Origin: an uncultured Clostridia bacterium
Lineage (GTDB): Bacteria; Bacillota; Clostridia; Oscillospirales; QAKW01
Reading direction: 5' to 3'
Assembly (NCBI GenBank): GCA_944385895.1
Contig: CALWYZ010000009.1
Location: 1,859 to 65,858, forward strand
Length of the DNA stretch: 64,000 nt
Under the pieces are notes generated by a model, which worked only from the letters and a program-made list of their open reading frames with translations, did no database searches and had not been told where the DNA came from. Positions 46,030-55,569 of the stretch are shown piece after piece. A program made the translations under genes and the position numbers. Position 1 is the stretch's first letter. Each line of letters starts with the position of its first letter.

Positions 46030-46650
46030 TTACAGTTCCTCCGTCCACTTATTTATGACCTCACCTGTATCGATATCAATTATACTCTTATAAACACAAT
46101 TATTTATAAGAGAGATATGGCCTACATCATATATTGCCATGCCGTCTTTATAGCAAAGGGTAAGCTCTACATAATTATATACAAATCCGCTGTTCTGATG
46201 CGCCAACGCTGCATTTTGCATTGCAGTATCGGAGTCCGTTTTGAATTGCGAAGGTACCAGAGGCATAGCGCTGCTTATAAGTTCATACGGCATTGTTCCG
46301 TATTCATCCCAATCAGGAGCCGAACACTTTTCAATTTTTCCGGTACGGTTGTTTACCTCAACGATAAGGATATCTGAATATTTCGTTTCATCAGGACGTT
46401 TATTTGTATATACATAGGTAAAAATACCTACATTTTCACTGTTTACCACAAGCTTTGCTCCATATAGGTCATAATTTTCCTTCCCGCGCTGAGAAAGGTT
46501 TTCCTCAAGCGCAGTATATGCTTTTACGATTGTATTGTTTGTTTTTGCAATACTGTCATTGGCAGAAAAAAAATCACAGCCCGAAACTGTAATAACAGTA
46601 ATAATACAAATCACGGTTGCTAATAGTTTTTTCACGTCTTTCCCTTTCAT
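46030..46650 (-). CDS. Lipoprotein, unknown function
   Basis: Lipobox VSGC; abuts the next gene. Confidence 0.55.
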   Translation of the reverse strand: MKGKDVKKLLATVICIITVITVSGCDFFSANDSIAKTNNTIVKAYTALEENLSQRGKENYDLYGAKLVVNSENVGIFTYVYTNKRPDETKYSDILIVEVNNRTGKIEKCSAPDWDEYGTMPYELISSAMPLVPSQFKTDSDTAMQNAALAHQNSGFVYNYVELTLCYKDGMAIYDVGHISLINNCVYKSIIDIDTGEVINKWTEEL

Positions 46651-47372
46651 AGTGATTTAAGATAGTTTACTTCCTTTTCGGTTAATTTGCGGTAATGGCC
46701 GGAATTTAAAGTACCGATAGACAATTTGCCGATACGCTCACGCTTAAGCCTGAGAATTTCTAGTCCTACAGCATCGCACATACGACGTATCTGACGGTTT
46801 TTCCCCTCATAAACTGTTATTAAAAGAACCGTCCTGTCATCCTTGATCTCATGTACCTGGACATCTGCCGGACTTGTCGTATAGTCAAGTTCCTCAAGAT
46901 AAATACCTGTTGAAAGATTACTGAGCGTCTGAGCATTTACCTTGCCTTTTACGATAACTCTGTAAGTTTTAGGGATATGTTTAGACGGATGCATCAGCCT
47001 GTTTGCCAGATCTCCGTCATTAGTCATTATCAGCAAGCCCTCACTGTCACGGTCAAGTCTTCCTACAGGATACAGCCTTGTACGCTCGTGCCTGACAATA
47101 TCCGCAACACATTTTCTGCCAAGCTCGTCCTTTGACGTGGTGACATAACCGCGGGGTTTATAAAGCATGAAATACAAGCAGTCTTTTTTTCGGGCAAATA
47201 TTTGTTTGCCGTCAACTTTGACGCTGCTTGTATTTTCTGCAACCTTATCACCCAAAACAGCGGTCTTGCCGGCAACCGTCACTCTTCCGTCCTCTATCAG
47301 TTTTTCAGCGGCACGGCGCGAACATATGCCGCTGTCTGCAAGAAATTTCTGCAGTCTTATATATTCTGTCAT
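46647..47372 (-). CDS. rluB: 23S rRNA pseudouridine synthase, RluB/RsuA family
   Basis: S4 domain; GRLDRDSEGLLIMTNDG catalytic motif. Confidence 0.85.
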   Translation of the reverse strand: MTEYIRLQKFLADSGICSRRAAEKLIEDGRVTVAGKTAVLGDKVAENTSSVKVDGKQIFARKKDCLYFMLYKPRGYVTTSKDELGRKCVADIVRHERTRLYPVGRLDRDSEGLLIMTNDGDLANRLMHPSKHIPKTYRVIVKGKVNAQTLSNLSTGIYLEELDYTTSPADVQVHEIKDDRTVLLITVYEGKNRQIRRMCDAVGLEILRLKRERIGKLSIGTLNSGHYRKLTEKEVNYLKSL

Positions 47373-47373
47373 A

Positions 47374-48492
47374 TTATTTTCCTTTAAAAAAGCTTTTTAT
47401 TTTATTGATTATTCTTGTAATAAGCAGTTCTTTTTTTGCAGGAGGTGCTTCTATTGATTGGGTCAAATATAATTTATCCTGCGCGACTTCAACGCCGTTT
47501 ACAAAAAAGCTTACACTGCCCACCGCATCTCCCGCGGTTTTAGGTGCATATACGAATTTTTCCGCCTTGATAACGCTTGAGGTTTTATAATCATCAAACA
47601 CAACAGTACTCAGTTCATTTTTATTTACAGCCGTGACCGTTTTGCCGTCAGGCGTCTCAAGAGATATATTTACCTGTCCTGGCGCAGCAAGCACAAGCTT
47701 TTGCGCCTTTTGAAAACCATAATCAAATGCAGTTATATGATCGTTCCAGTCATCTCCGTCATTAAGCGTAACACATATCAGGATAACGCCATTTTCCTCT
47801 GCGGCGCTTACAAGACAGCGTCCGGCTTTTTTTGTAAAACCTGTTTTTACACCTATTGCGCTGTCATACATTGAAAGCAGCTTATTATGATTTTTAAGCG
47901 TGCGTCCGTCAGGATTATTATTATATGGGACCTTTGCAGTCTGTGCAGAAACGATCTGTCTGAAAATTTCATTATCCAGAGCATGCGAAGTAATTATCGC
48001 AAGTTCTTTTGCGGTAGTGTAATGATTATCATCGGGAAGGCCTGAAGGATTGGCAAAATTTGTATCAATAAGTCCTAAAGATTTTGCCCTTTGGTTCATC
48101 ATTGCCACAAAATGTTCCTGTGTGCCTCCTACATGTATCGCTAGCGCAACAGCAGCATCATTTCCTGACGTCAGCATCAGTCCGTACAGCAGATCCCGCA
48201 CTGTTAAAGTCTCGCCTGAAATAAGATACATGGACGAGCCCTCAACTCCGCAGGCCTGAGAAGGAATGACAACATTTGCATCCAAATCAGCATTTTCAAG
48301 TACCACAAGCGCTGTCATTATCTTTGTTGTGCTCGCCATCGGCAGACGCTTATTGCAGTCTATGTCCACAAGTATAGTATTGGTAGCCTTATCCAGAAGA
48401 ATCATAGACCGCGCGCTATAAGCCGAGGCGCAAAAAGGCATATTGAATGCCAGAGTAAGTGCTATTAATAATATAGATATGTATTTTTTCAC
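47374..48492 (-). CDS. dacB: D-alanyl-D-alanine carboxypeptidase (PBP5-type, sporulation-associated context)
   Basis: SxxK (ASTTK), SGND and KTGFT motifs; signal peptide. Confidence 0.8.
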   Translation of the reverse strand: MKKYISILLIALTLAFNMPFCASAYSARSMILLDKATNTILVDIDCNKRLPMASTTKIMTALVVLENADLDANVVIPSQACGVEGSSMYLISGETLTVRDLLYGLMLTSGNDAAVALAIHVGGTQEHFVAMMNQRAKSLGLIDTNFANPSGLPDDNHYTTAKELAIITSHALDNEIFRQIVSAQTAKVPYNNNPDGRTLKNHNKLLSMYDSAIGVKTGFTKKAGRCLVSAAEENGVILICVTLNDGDDWNDHITAFDYGFQKAQKLVLAAPGQVNISLETPDGKTVTAVNKNELSTVVFDDYKTSSVIKAEKFVYAPKTAGDAVGSVSFFVNGVEVAQDKLYLTQSIEAPPAKKELLITRIINKIKSFFKGK

Positions 48493-48545
48493 AATAAACC
48501 ACCTGTCAATTTATTGTATTGGCAGGTGGCCTAAGTTATTCATGA

Positions 48546-48935
48546 TTATTGCGCCTGCTCGGATTTTTCGGATTTTTTCTTGCTTATAAGAGAGCTTATC
48601 TGATCTATCAGTTCAGGAATTTTAGTAAAAATCTTATCTGTATCATTTGGAGAGTCAGACACATTGACAAGTCTGACATTACCGTCGTTTACAACAAGAA
48701 AAGCAACCGGTGAAATTTTTATTCCGCCGCCGGCACCGCCGCCGAAATTATCAGATACAGACGGTTTACCGAAACTGGATCCGCCTGAAACAAACCCCAT
48801 TGACACCTTTGATACAGGTATAACTGTCGTATCTTCGGAAATATTTATCGGATTTCCTACGACACTGTCAACATCAATCATTTTTTTGAGCCCGTCAATC
48901 GCATTGTTCAAAACCTGTTCAACATGCTCTGCCAT
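48546..48935 (-). CDS. ytfJ: GerW/YtfJ-family sporulation protein
   Basis: VIPVSKVSMGFVSGGS...GGGAGGGIKISPVAFLVV pattern. Confidence 0.8.
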   Translation of the reverse strand: MAEHVEQVLNNAIDGLKKMIDVDSVVGNPINISEDTTVIPVSKVSMGFVSGGSSFGKPSVSDNFGGGAGGGIKISPVAFLVVNDGNVRLVNVSDSPNDTDKIFTKIPELIDQISSLISKKKSEKSEQAQ

Positions 48936-48948
48936 TTTAATTCTCCTT

Positions 48949-49512
48949 TTATTTCTTTAAATTTATTGTATCATCTATTGTCAATAATATCAAGCCTGTC
49001 AACAATTTAAACAAAAATGTTCTCAAGACTATGTCAACAAAGACTACTGTCTTCTCTTCATTATAATCGGCAGAAATATTTATTTGCCTATCGCTTGCAC
49101 AAAAAAGCGCGTCCAGTGCGCTGAATGCAGAAAAAGCCGCTGCGTTAACAGCTCCGAAAAGCAGCGCAGTATCGCACGGATCATTGCACGATACAATTAT
49201 ATCGGTTTTGAAGCGCCGTATTGTAAATGCTTTTAAAATATGCTCTTTTACGGGTACAATCATATTTTTTATGTCTTTCACCTGTTTAAGAAAAGTATCG
49301 CTGTCAGTCTTGACTTTTTGAGAAACATTTTTCTTTTTCTTTTTTTTCTTTTTGAAACCGGTCTTTTTATCTGACGGCAAAATTCCAAACTTCAAAAAAA
49401 GAAATCTCACCTGAATCACGAATTCACCGTCGTAGCCGATGTAAACATATAACGGGCATAAAAGCAATAAACCAATAACTGAAAAAAAACCTATAATCAG
49501 TCCCGCGATCAT
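48949..49512 (-). CDS. DUF2953/YtfI-like membrane protein
   Basis: N-terminal TM helix, a K-rich linker, and pairing with ytfJ. Confidence 0.6.
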   Translation of the reverse strand: MIAGLIIGFFSVIGLLLLCPLYVYIGYDGEFVIQVRFLFLKFGILPSDKKTGFKKKKKKKKNVSQKVKTDSDTFLKQVKDIKNMIVPVKEHILKAFTIRRFKTDIIVSCNDPCDTALLFGAVNAAAFSAFSALDALFCASDRQINISADYNEEKTVVFVDIVLRTFLFKLLTGLILLTIDDTINLKK

Positions 49513-50099
49513 ATCGGCAACACCTGCTGGGCATCGTCAGTCTCATTTGAAACTTCAGGCTGTAAGACATCAATGGATGAAAGTTTAGGCAATTGATCAA
49601 GCGACGAGAGTCCGAAACAACGCAGAAAGTCGGCAGTTGTACCATACAGACGAGGTCTTCCCGGCGCGTCAAGTCTACCGCGTTCTTCAATAAGACCTTT
49701 TTCTATAAGCGAGTTAATTCCGTAAAAGCAGTCAACACCTCTGATCTGTTCAATATATCCTTTTGTAACGGGCTGATTGTATGCAACAACAGCAAGAATT
49801 TCAAGCGCGGCGTTAGACAGAGGAGTATTACGTCTGTGATCAAGCGCACGGCGAGTTATTTCTCCATAAAATGCACGTGTTGTCATCTGATAGCTGTTTT
49901 CCAGCTTTACAATTTCAAAACCTCTTTGATCCCGGCTATAATACTCATTAAGCTGTTCTATTGCCGACTGAACTGCTTTTACATCTGTCTCAAGAGTCTG
50001 CGCCAGCTTTTCCGCCTCTATCGGTTCACCGCTTGCAAACAGAACCGCCTCTATAGCTCCTGTCATAAAATCAAATTCCATTGCTGCTTTTCCTCTCAC
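49509..50099 (-). CDS. scpB: Segregation and condensation protein B
   Basis: AIEAVLFASGEP...LEILAVVAYNQPVTK pattern. The true start is probably an internal Met near 50081. Confidence 0.9.
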   Translation of the reverse strand: MRGKAAMEFDFMTGAIEAVLFASGEPIEAEKLAQTLETDVKAVQSAIEQLNEYYSRDQRGFEIVKLENSYQMTTRAFYGEITRRALDHRRNTPLSNAALEILAVVAYNQPVTKGYIEQIRGVDCFYGINSLIEKGLIEERGRLDAPGRPRLYGTTADFLRCFGLSSLDQLPKLSSIDVLQPEVSNETDDAQQVLPI

Positions 50100-50799
50100 T
50101 CATGTCTATATATATTTCCTTACCGCTGTCATCAACGGTGATACGCTCATTTTTTGTGAGTTCCAGAACTGCCAGGAATGTAGCCACTATATCAGACCGT
50201 GTTTTGGCCGATAAAAACAGTGATTTGAAACTCACATGTCTTGCACGCGTTAAGACACGCAAGACAGATACTATTTTCGTCTTAACAGATGCTATCTGAC
50301 GGCCTACGATACCTTTAAAGTTTGAAATGGGTGAGGTGGTTATATACTCAAAGTGCAGACTTGCATTTCTATACGCCTCTTCCAGCTTTGATAAATCATA
50401 TACGCGCATATGCTTTTTATCAAATTCAACCACCATCATCCGCCGTGTGAATTTCAATCCTGCATCAATTTCAAGCTGTCTCAGTCTTGGAAGAATATCC
50501 TTATATTTTTTATATTCGGCAAGAGAGCGGGCAAGCTTATCACGAGGATCCTCTTCTTCCGGCTCAGGCTTGGGAAGAAGCATCTTAGATTTGATATACA
50601 TAAGATTTGCCGCCATTTCTATAAACTCACTTGAGACTTCAAGATCCATTTTTTTAAGGTCGTCTATGTACTCCATATATTGTTCCAGAATAAGAGAAAT
50701 GGGTATATCATAGATAGATACCTTGTTTTTGGATATCAGATGCAGCAGTAAATCAAGCGGGCCGTCAAATACCTCAAGCTTGAAAACAGGACGTTCCAT
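50071..50799 (-). CDS. scpA: Segregation and condensation protein A
   Basis: FDGPLDLLLHLI motif. The ATG at 50799 has a GGAGG RBS. Confidence 0.9.
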   Translation of the reverse strand: MERPVFKLEVFDGPLDLLLHLISKNKVSIYDIPISLILEQYMEYIDDLKKMDLEVSSEFIEMAANLMYIKSKMLLPKPEPEEEDPRDKLARSLAEYKKYKDILPRLRQLEIDAGLKFTRRMMVVEFDKKHMRVYDLSKLEEAYRNASLHFEYITTSPISNFKGIVGRQIASVKTKIVSVLRVLTRARHVSFKSLFLSAKTRSDIVATFLAVLELTKNERITVDDSGKEIYIDMSERKSSNGI

Positions 50800-50809
50800 C
50801 AAATTCCTC

Positions 50810-51508
50810 CTACCCAAAAATCAATTTTGCAAAAAAAGAGGCCGGTATTGCCCACACTCGCCCGAAAAAGTTAAACAGTGTGATCTGCACCTGATAAATA
50901 AAGTTTCCTATGATATTTGAGGTAAACATCAGAACAAGAAAAGCAATAAATATATAATTCCCGTAGCGTCTGAAAAAGTCATTGAACTTGCCGGGCAAAA
51001 AGTAATTGAAAATACGCGAGCCGTCCAGAGGGTATACCGGTATCAGATTAAATACGGCAAGACCTATGTTTATCATAGCCATATCCATAAAGAAAATAAA
51101 AAACACCTGTATTATTTTGGACGCACCGCTGTAATAATAAGAATAATTTAAAAATATAGCCAAAGCCGTGCTTACGACCGCCAGAACCAAATTGGACATC
51201 GGGCCTGCCAGAGCCGTAAAAAGCATACCTTTTTTTGGATTTTTAAAATACATGGGGTTTACCGGCACCGGCTTTGCCCACCCGAAACGCACAAGAAACA
51301 TCATAATAAATCCTACAGGGTCTATATGCCTTATAGGATTGAGAGTCAGCCTGCCCATATTCTTTGCCGTAGGATCTCCCAGTTTGTATGCCACATAACC
51401 GTGAGCGCACTCATGGACTGTCAGCGAAATGATAACGACCGGCAGAATATACAGTATATCTTTAAAATATTCGGTTATTCTTTGGAATATATAATTTAAA
51501 GTGTCCAT
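50810..51508 (-). CDS. Site-2 protease family (peptidase M50) membrane protein
   Basis: HECAHG zinc motif; polytopic. The ATG at 51508 follows the engB stop. Confidence 0.8.
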   Translation of the reverse strand: MDTLNYIFQRITEYFKDILYILPVVIISLTVHECAHGYVAYKLGDPTAKNMGRLTLNPIRHIDPVGFIMMFLVRFGWAKPVPVNPMYFKNPKKGMLFTALAGPMSNLVLAVVSTALAIFLNYSYYYSGASKIIQVFFIFFMDMAMINIGLAVFNLIPVYPLDGSRIFNYFLPGKFNDFFRRYGNYIFIAFLVLMFTSNIIGNFIYQVQITLFNFFGRVWAIPASFFAKLIFG

Positions 51509-51518
51509 ATTATATCCT

Positions 51519-52109
51519 TTACTTTTCCTCGAGAGCCTGTTGAATAGTGTCAAGCACCTTATCCCTGCCCATGCCGGTTTGTGAAGAAAACGGAATTATC
51601 AAAGCGTTTTCAAAATCATAAACCTCGCTCAGGCGGGAAAGACTTTTTTGAGCCGCGGTCTTTGATAGTTTATCAGCTTTTGTGGCAACGACTATAAAAG
51701 GTATACCGGCATCATACAGGTATCTTCCCATTTCCACGTCCAGATCCGACACATCATGTCTGATATCGACAATTGAGAGCGCAAGACGTTTGTCGTTGTC
51801 GGTATTAAAATAGTCCTGCATAAAAACTGACCATTTGCGCTTTTCTTCATTAGAAACTTTAGCATAACCATAACCCGGAAGATCCACAAAGTACATTTTA
51901 CCGTCTATGTCATAATAGTTTATGGTTGCTGTTTTTCCGGGCTTTGAAGACGTTCTGGCTAGAGATTTTCTCCTTAAAAGACAGTTTATCATAGAGCTTT
52001 TTCCGACATTTGACCGTCCGCAAAAAACGATTTGGGGCTTGTCACCAAGAAACTGAGACTTCTTGACGGCTGATACCCTAAGCGACACATTATTGTAATT
52101 TATTTTCAT
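51519..52109 (-). CDS. engB: Ribosome biogenesis GTPase EngB/YsxC
   Basis: GRSNVGKSS P-loop; DLPGYG. Confidence 0.9.
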   Translation of the reverse strand: MKINYNNVSLRVSAVKKSQFLGDKPQIVFCGRSNVGKSSMINCLLRRKSLARTSSKPGKTATINYYDIDGKMYFVDLPGYGYAKVSNEEKRKWSVFMQDYFNTDNDKRLALSIVDIRHDVSDLDVEMGRYLYDAGIPFIVVATKADKLSKTAAQKSLSRLSEVYDFENALIIPFSSQTGMGRDKVLDTIQQALEEK

Positions 52110-52118
52110 ATTTCTCCT

Positions 52119-54542
52119 TTAGTTTAAGGCAACAGCAGTCTTATTTTTCGGCTTTGCCGGCTTTTTTGTCAAAGTCAGTTCGCTTCTTATTTTGCCCGGC
52201 ACATTTTCAAGAGCGGTACGGAATACCTCATTTACTGTTTTGACCCCGACAAACTTCAAACCGTCATAAACCGTCTTATCTATTTCTTTCAGGTCAGGAA
52301 TATTGCCGTGAGGTATAATGACTGTTGTAATACCGTTTTTATATGCAGCCATTGTTTTTTCCTTGAGTCCGCCTATTGGAAGGACTCTGCCGGAAAGAGT
52401 AATTTCTCCGGTCATGGCAACAGTATTTTTAACAGGCGTAAGGCTAAGCGCGGACATGAGCGCTGTAGCTATGGCAATGCCGGCAGACGGACCGTCCTTA
52501 GGTACTGCACCTTCCGGGAAATGTACATGTATATCACGGGTTTTATAAAAGTCCTTATCAATTTCATAAATAGAGGCTACTGAACGGATATAAGAAACGG
52601 CCGCTCGAACGCTCTCTTTCATTACATCACCCAGGCTTCCTGTGCAGTCAATCTTACCGCTGCCGTCCAGTACAGATACCTCAACATTGAGAAGTTCTCC
52701 TCCTACACTTGTCCATGCAAGGCCGTTGACTATTCCGATCATTCCGTCGTCATAAAGCTGTTCATCTCGAAACTTTCTCATGCCGAGAAATTTCTCTATG
52801 TTTTTGGCACTTACAGTTACTGATTTGCTCTCGCCCGATACAATGATTTTAGCGGCTCGGCGCATAATTTCAGATATTTTTCTTTCAAGTTCACGAACGC
52901 CGGATTCTCTTGTATAGCATGATATTATTTCGGGGATCGCCGTTTTATTAAACCGAACCTGCGAAGCCTTGAGTCCGGCAGCTTTAAGCTGCTTAGGTAT
53001 CAAAAAACGGTTTGCTATCTGTATTTTTTCAGTATCAAGATAGCTGGTTATCTCAACAATATCCATACGGTCCAGAAGAGGACGCGGTATTGTATCAAGC
53101 GTGTTTGCTGTTGCAATAAAGAAAACATCAGAAAGATCAAGCGGAATATCAAGATAATGATCCTCAAAATTGACATTCTGTTCGCTGTCAAGCACCTCCA
53201 AAAGCGCGCTTGCAGGATCTCCGTGAAAATCAGAGCAAAGCTTATCTATCTCATCAAGCAAAATCAGTGGATTCATGCTTTTGGCTTTACGCACGGCAGC
53301 TGCTATGCGTCCTGGCATAGATCCAATATAGGTACGCCGGTGTCCGCGTATCTCCGCCTCGTCGCGTATACCTCCCAAGGCAATGCGTGCATATGTTCTG
53401 TTCATTGCCCTTGCAATACTTTTGGCTACAGAGGTCTTTCCGACACCGGGAGGACCTACAAGGCACAAAATCTGTCCTTTAGCTCCGCTGAGTGCTCTTA
53501 CAGCAAGATGCTCTATAACAAGACGCTTTACCTTCTCCATGCCGTAATGATCGGCATCAAGTATCTTTTCTGCCTGCTTTAAATCTGTATTGAGCTGAGT
53601 TTTTATTCCAAACGGCATATCCAGCACTGTATCAAGATATGCCTCTATCACCGAGCCTTCATGCGACATGGGCGGCATTTTGCTAAGGCGTTCAACTTCT
53701 TTATAAAGCTTGCTTTTTATATCCTCAGATACGTTCAAGGCTTCTATTTTATTAGTGTATTCACCGATAGAATCATCATACTGATCGTCTTCGCCCAGCT
53801 CACTGCGTATCGCCTTGAGCTGTTCTTTGAGGTAGTATTCACGCTGGTTGCTGTCTATTTGTTCCTTGACCCGCAGAGCTATCTCGCGTTCTGTTTTAAG
53901 AACCTCTATTTCTGACTGCATATTGTCAATAAGCAAAGCCGCGCGCTGATATGGATTTATCTCTTCAAGAAGCTTTTGTTTGATATCATGTCCCATAAAA
54001 GTATTGCCCGCGACAATATCGCTTAATACTCCCAGGTCATTTTCTGAAATCACCAAAGCATACACGTCCTCTGCCGGTTTGGGGATATACTCACTGTATT
54101 CCTCAAAAAGCTCGCGTATTACTCTGAGTGATGCCTCCTGTTCTATTGTTATTGCAGCACCGGACAAACTGTCAAGCTTCATGACATACGCGCTTAAATG
54201 ATCCTGCTGTTTCTGGATCTGTGTTATCTGAACACGATCTAAGCCCTTTACGAAAACACGCAGGCTCTCATCGCTCACCTTTACTATCTGTTTGATCCTT
54301 ACAAGAGTTCCGATATCGTAAATATTGTCAAACTCAGGATCGTCCTCAGCTATATCTTTTTGCGAAGAAAGTACCATCAGTCTTGAACCGTGCATTGCAG
54401 TCTCTATTGATTTAACAGAGCTCTTTCTGCCAACATCAAAGCTAACGCTTGTCCCGGGCATAACAACAAGCCCGCGAGTGGCCAGCAGCGGATACAGTTT
54501 TAAATTGTTTTTGGTTTCATATATATCTATTTTATCTGTCAT
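52119..54542 (-). CDS. lon: ATP-dependent Lon protease
   Basis: GPPGVGKTS Walker A; PKDGPSAG protease serine motif; 807 aa. Confidence 0.95.
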   Translation of the reverse strand: MTDKIDIYETKNNLKLYPLLATRGLVVMPGTSVSFDVGRKSSVKSIETAMHGSRLMVLSSQKDIAEDDPEFDNIYDIGTLVRIKQIVKVSDESLRVFVKGLDRVQITQIQKQQDHLSAYVMKLDSLSGAAITIEQEASLRVIRELFEEYSEYIPKPAEDVYALVISENDLGVLSDIVAGNTFMGHDIKQKLLEEINPYQRAALLIDNMQSEIEVLKTEREIALRVKEQIDSNQREYYLKEQLKAIRSELGEDDQYDDSIGEYTNKIEALNVSEDIKSKLYKEVERLSKMPPMSHEGSVIEAYLDTVLDMPFGIKTQLNTDLKQAEKILDADHYGMEKVKRLVIEHLAVRALSGAKGQILCLVGPPGVGKTSVAKSIARAMNRTYARIALGGIRDEAEIRGHRRTYIGSMPGRIAAAVRKAKSMNPLILLDEIDKLCSDFHGDPASALLEVLDSEQNVNFEDHYLDIPLDLSDVFFIATANTLDTIPRPLLDRMDIVEITSYLDTEKIQIANRFLIPKQLKAAGLKASQVRFNKTAIPEIISCYTRESGVRELERKISEIMRRAAKIIVSGESKSVTVSAKNIEKFLGMRKFRDEQLYDDGMIGIVNGLAWTSVGGELLNVEVSVLDGSGKIDCTGSLGDVMKESVRAAVSYIRSVASIYEIDKDFYKTRDIHVHFPEGAVPKDGPSAGIAIATALMSALSLTPVKNTVAMTGEITLSGRVLPIGGLKEKTMAAYKNGITTVIIPHGNIPDLKEIDKTVYDGLKFVGVKTVNEVFRTALENVPGKIRSELTLTKKPAKPKNKTAVALN

Positions 54543-54618
54543 TATAATTCCTCTTTATAAAAATATATAATCAGATCTATTATAATATAGTTATATATAT
54601 AAATCAATATTTTTTTAT

Positions 54619-54650
54619 AAAAGACAGCAGCCTTTCGGCTGCTGTCTTTT
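54619..54650 (-). terminator. Terminator after the nucleoside hydrolase gene
   Basis: Stem aaaagacagcagcc / ggctgctgtctttt, abutting the stop codon. Confidence 0.75.
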
Positions 54651-55569
54651 ATTGACCAATTAGCTTATTGAACATATCTGTCATAATCGCATCCCGTTTA
54701 ATCTGTCGCACATAGCACATAGGCTTCTTTATCGGCTGCATTTCGTATTTAAAATCATATCCGGGCAAAAACGTATCCGTAATTTCCGTTTTCATGAAAC
54801 GGTCCCTATCATTTAACAGCCATGCAACCGCTGTCACATCCCAAATCACACGCGTCCAGGCGCAGCCTGCAGCATATCTTTCTGCCGCACAAACCGTATT
54901 CTTGCATAAATAATCGGCAAGCTTATTTTTGCCCGAAAGCCAATAGCGAAGCTCGGGACCGGAAACCAAAAACTCACTGACGACTCCCTTGCACGGAAGC
55001 TGCACAAACGGCAGCTTACCAGACATAACGATACGTGCAGCAGCTACATCCTGCTTCATGTTAAATTCATTTGTGTCAGACCAGTGTCTGGCGTGGCCTC
55101 CAAGCCACACAACAACTATATTTTTTTCGATTGCCGGATTTATAAGAAGAGCGCTTGCCACATTTGTTATAGCGCCTATCGAAACAACATAGAGCGGATT
55201 TTCAGGACTGTATAACTCTGCAAGCTTAGCAAGATCCTCCGCAGCAGGCGAAATAACAGGCGTTTTTTCATCCTTAAGAAACATGCGCGAGCCATATAAC
55301 ACTGAATTTATCAATTTGTGTTTGCCGGCCAAATCAATGATTTTCAAAATTTCCTCATAACTTTTAATCATACCGTCATCTGGTCCATTTGACTTTTCAT
55401 TGAAAAATGGTGCCGCGTAAATACGCAATAAATTTAGTTTGTCTGACGATTTCAGCATATACGATATTGCAAACTGATCATCTATCTCGTTATAAGCATC
55501 GGTGTCAAGAACAACGTCTGCTTTTCCAAAGGGTGTATGAAGATTTTTAATAAGCTGTTCATTCGTCAT
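54649..55569 (-). CDS. Nucleoside hydrolase (IU-NH family)
   Basis: N-terminal LDTDAYNEIDD aspartate cluster. Confidence 0.8.
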   Translation of the reverse strand: MTNEQLIKNLHTPFGKADVVLDTDAYNEIDDQFAISYMLKSSDKLNLLRIYAAPFFNEKSNGPDDGMIKSYEEILKIIDLAGKHKLINSVLYGSRMFLKDEKTPVISPAAEDLAKLAELYSPENPLYVVSIGAITNVASALLINPAIEKNIVVVWLGGHARHWSDTNEFNMKQDVAAARIVMSGKLPFVQLPCKGVVSEFLVSGPELRYWLSGKNKLADYLCKNTVCAAERYAAGCAWTRVIWDVTAVAWLLNDRDRFMKTEITDTFLPGYDFKYEMQPIKKPMCYVRQIKRDAIMTDMFNKLIGQ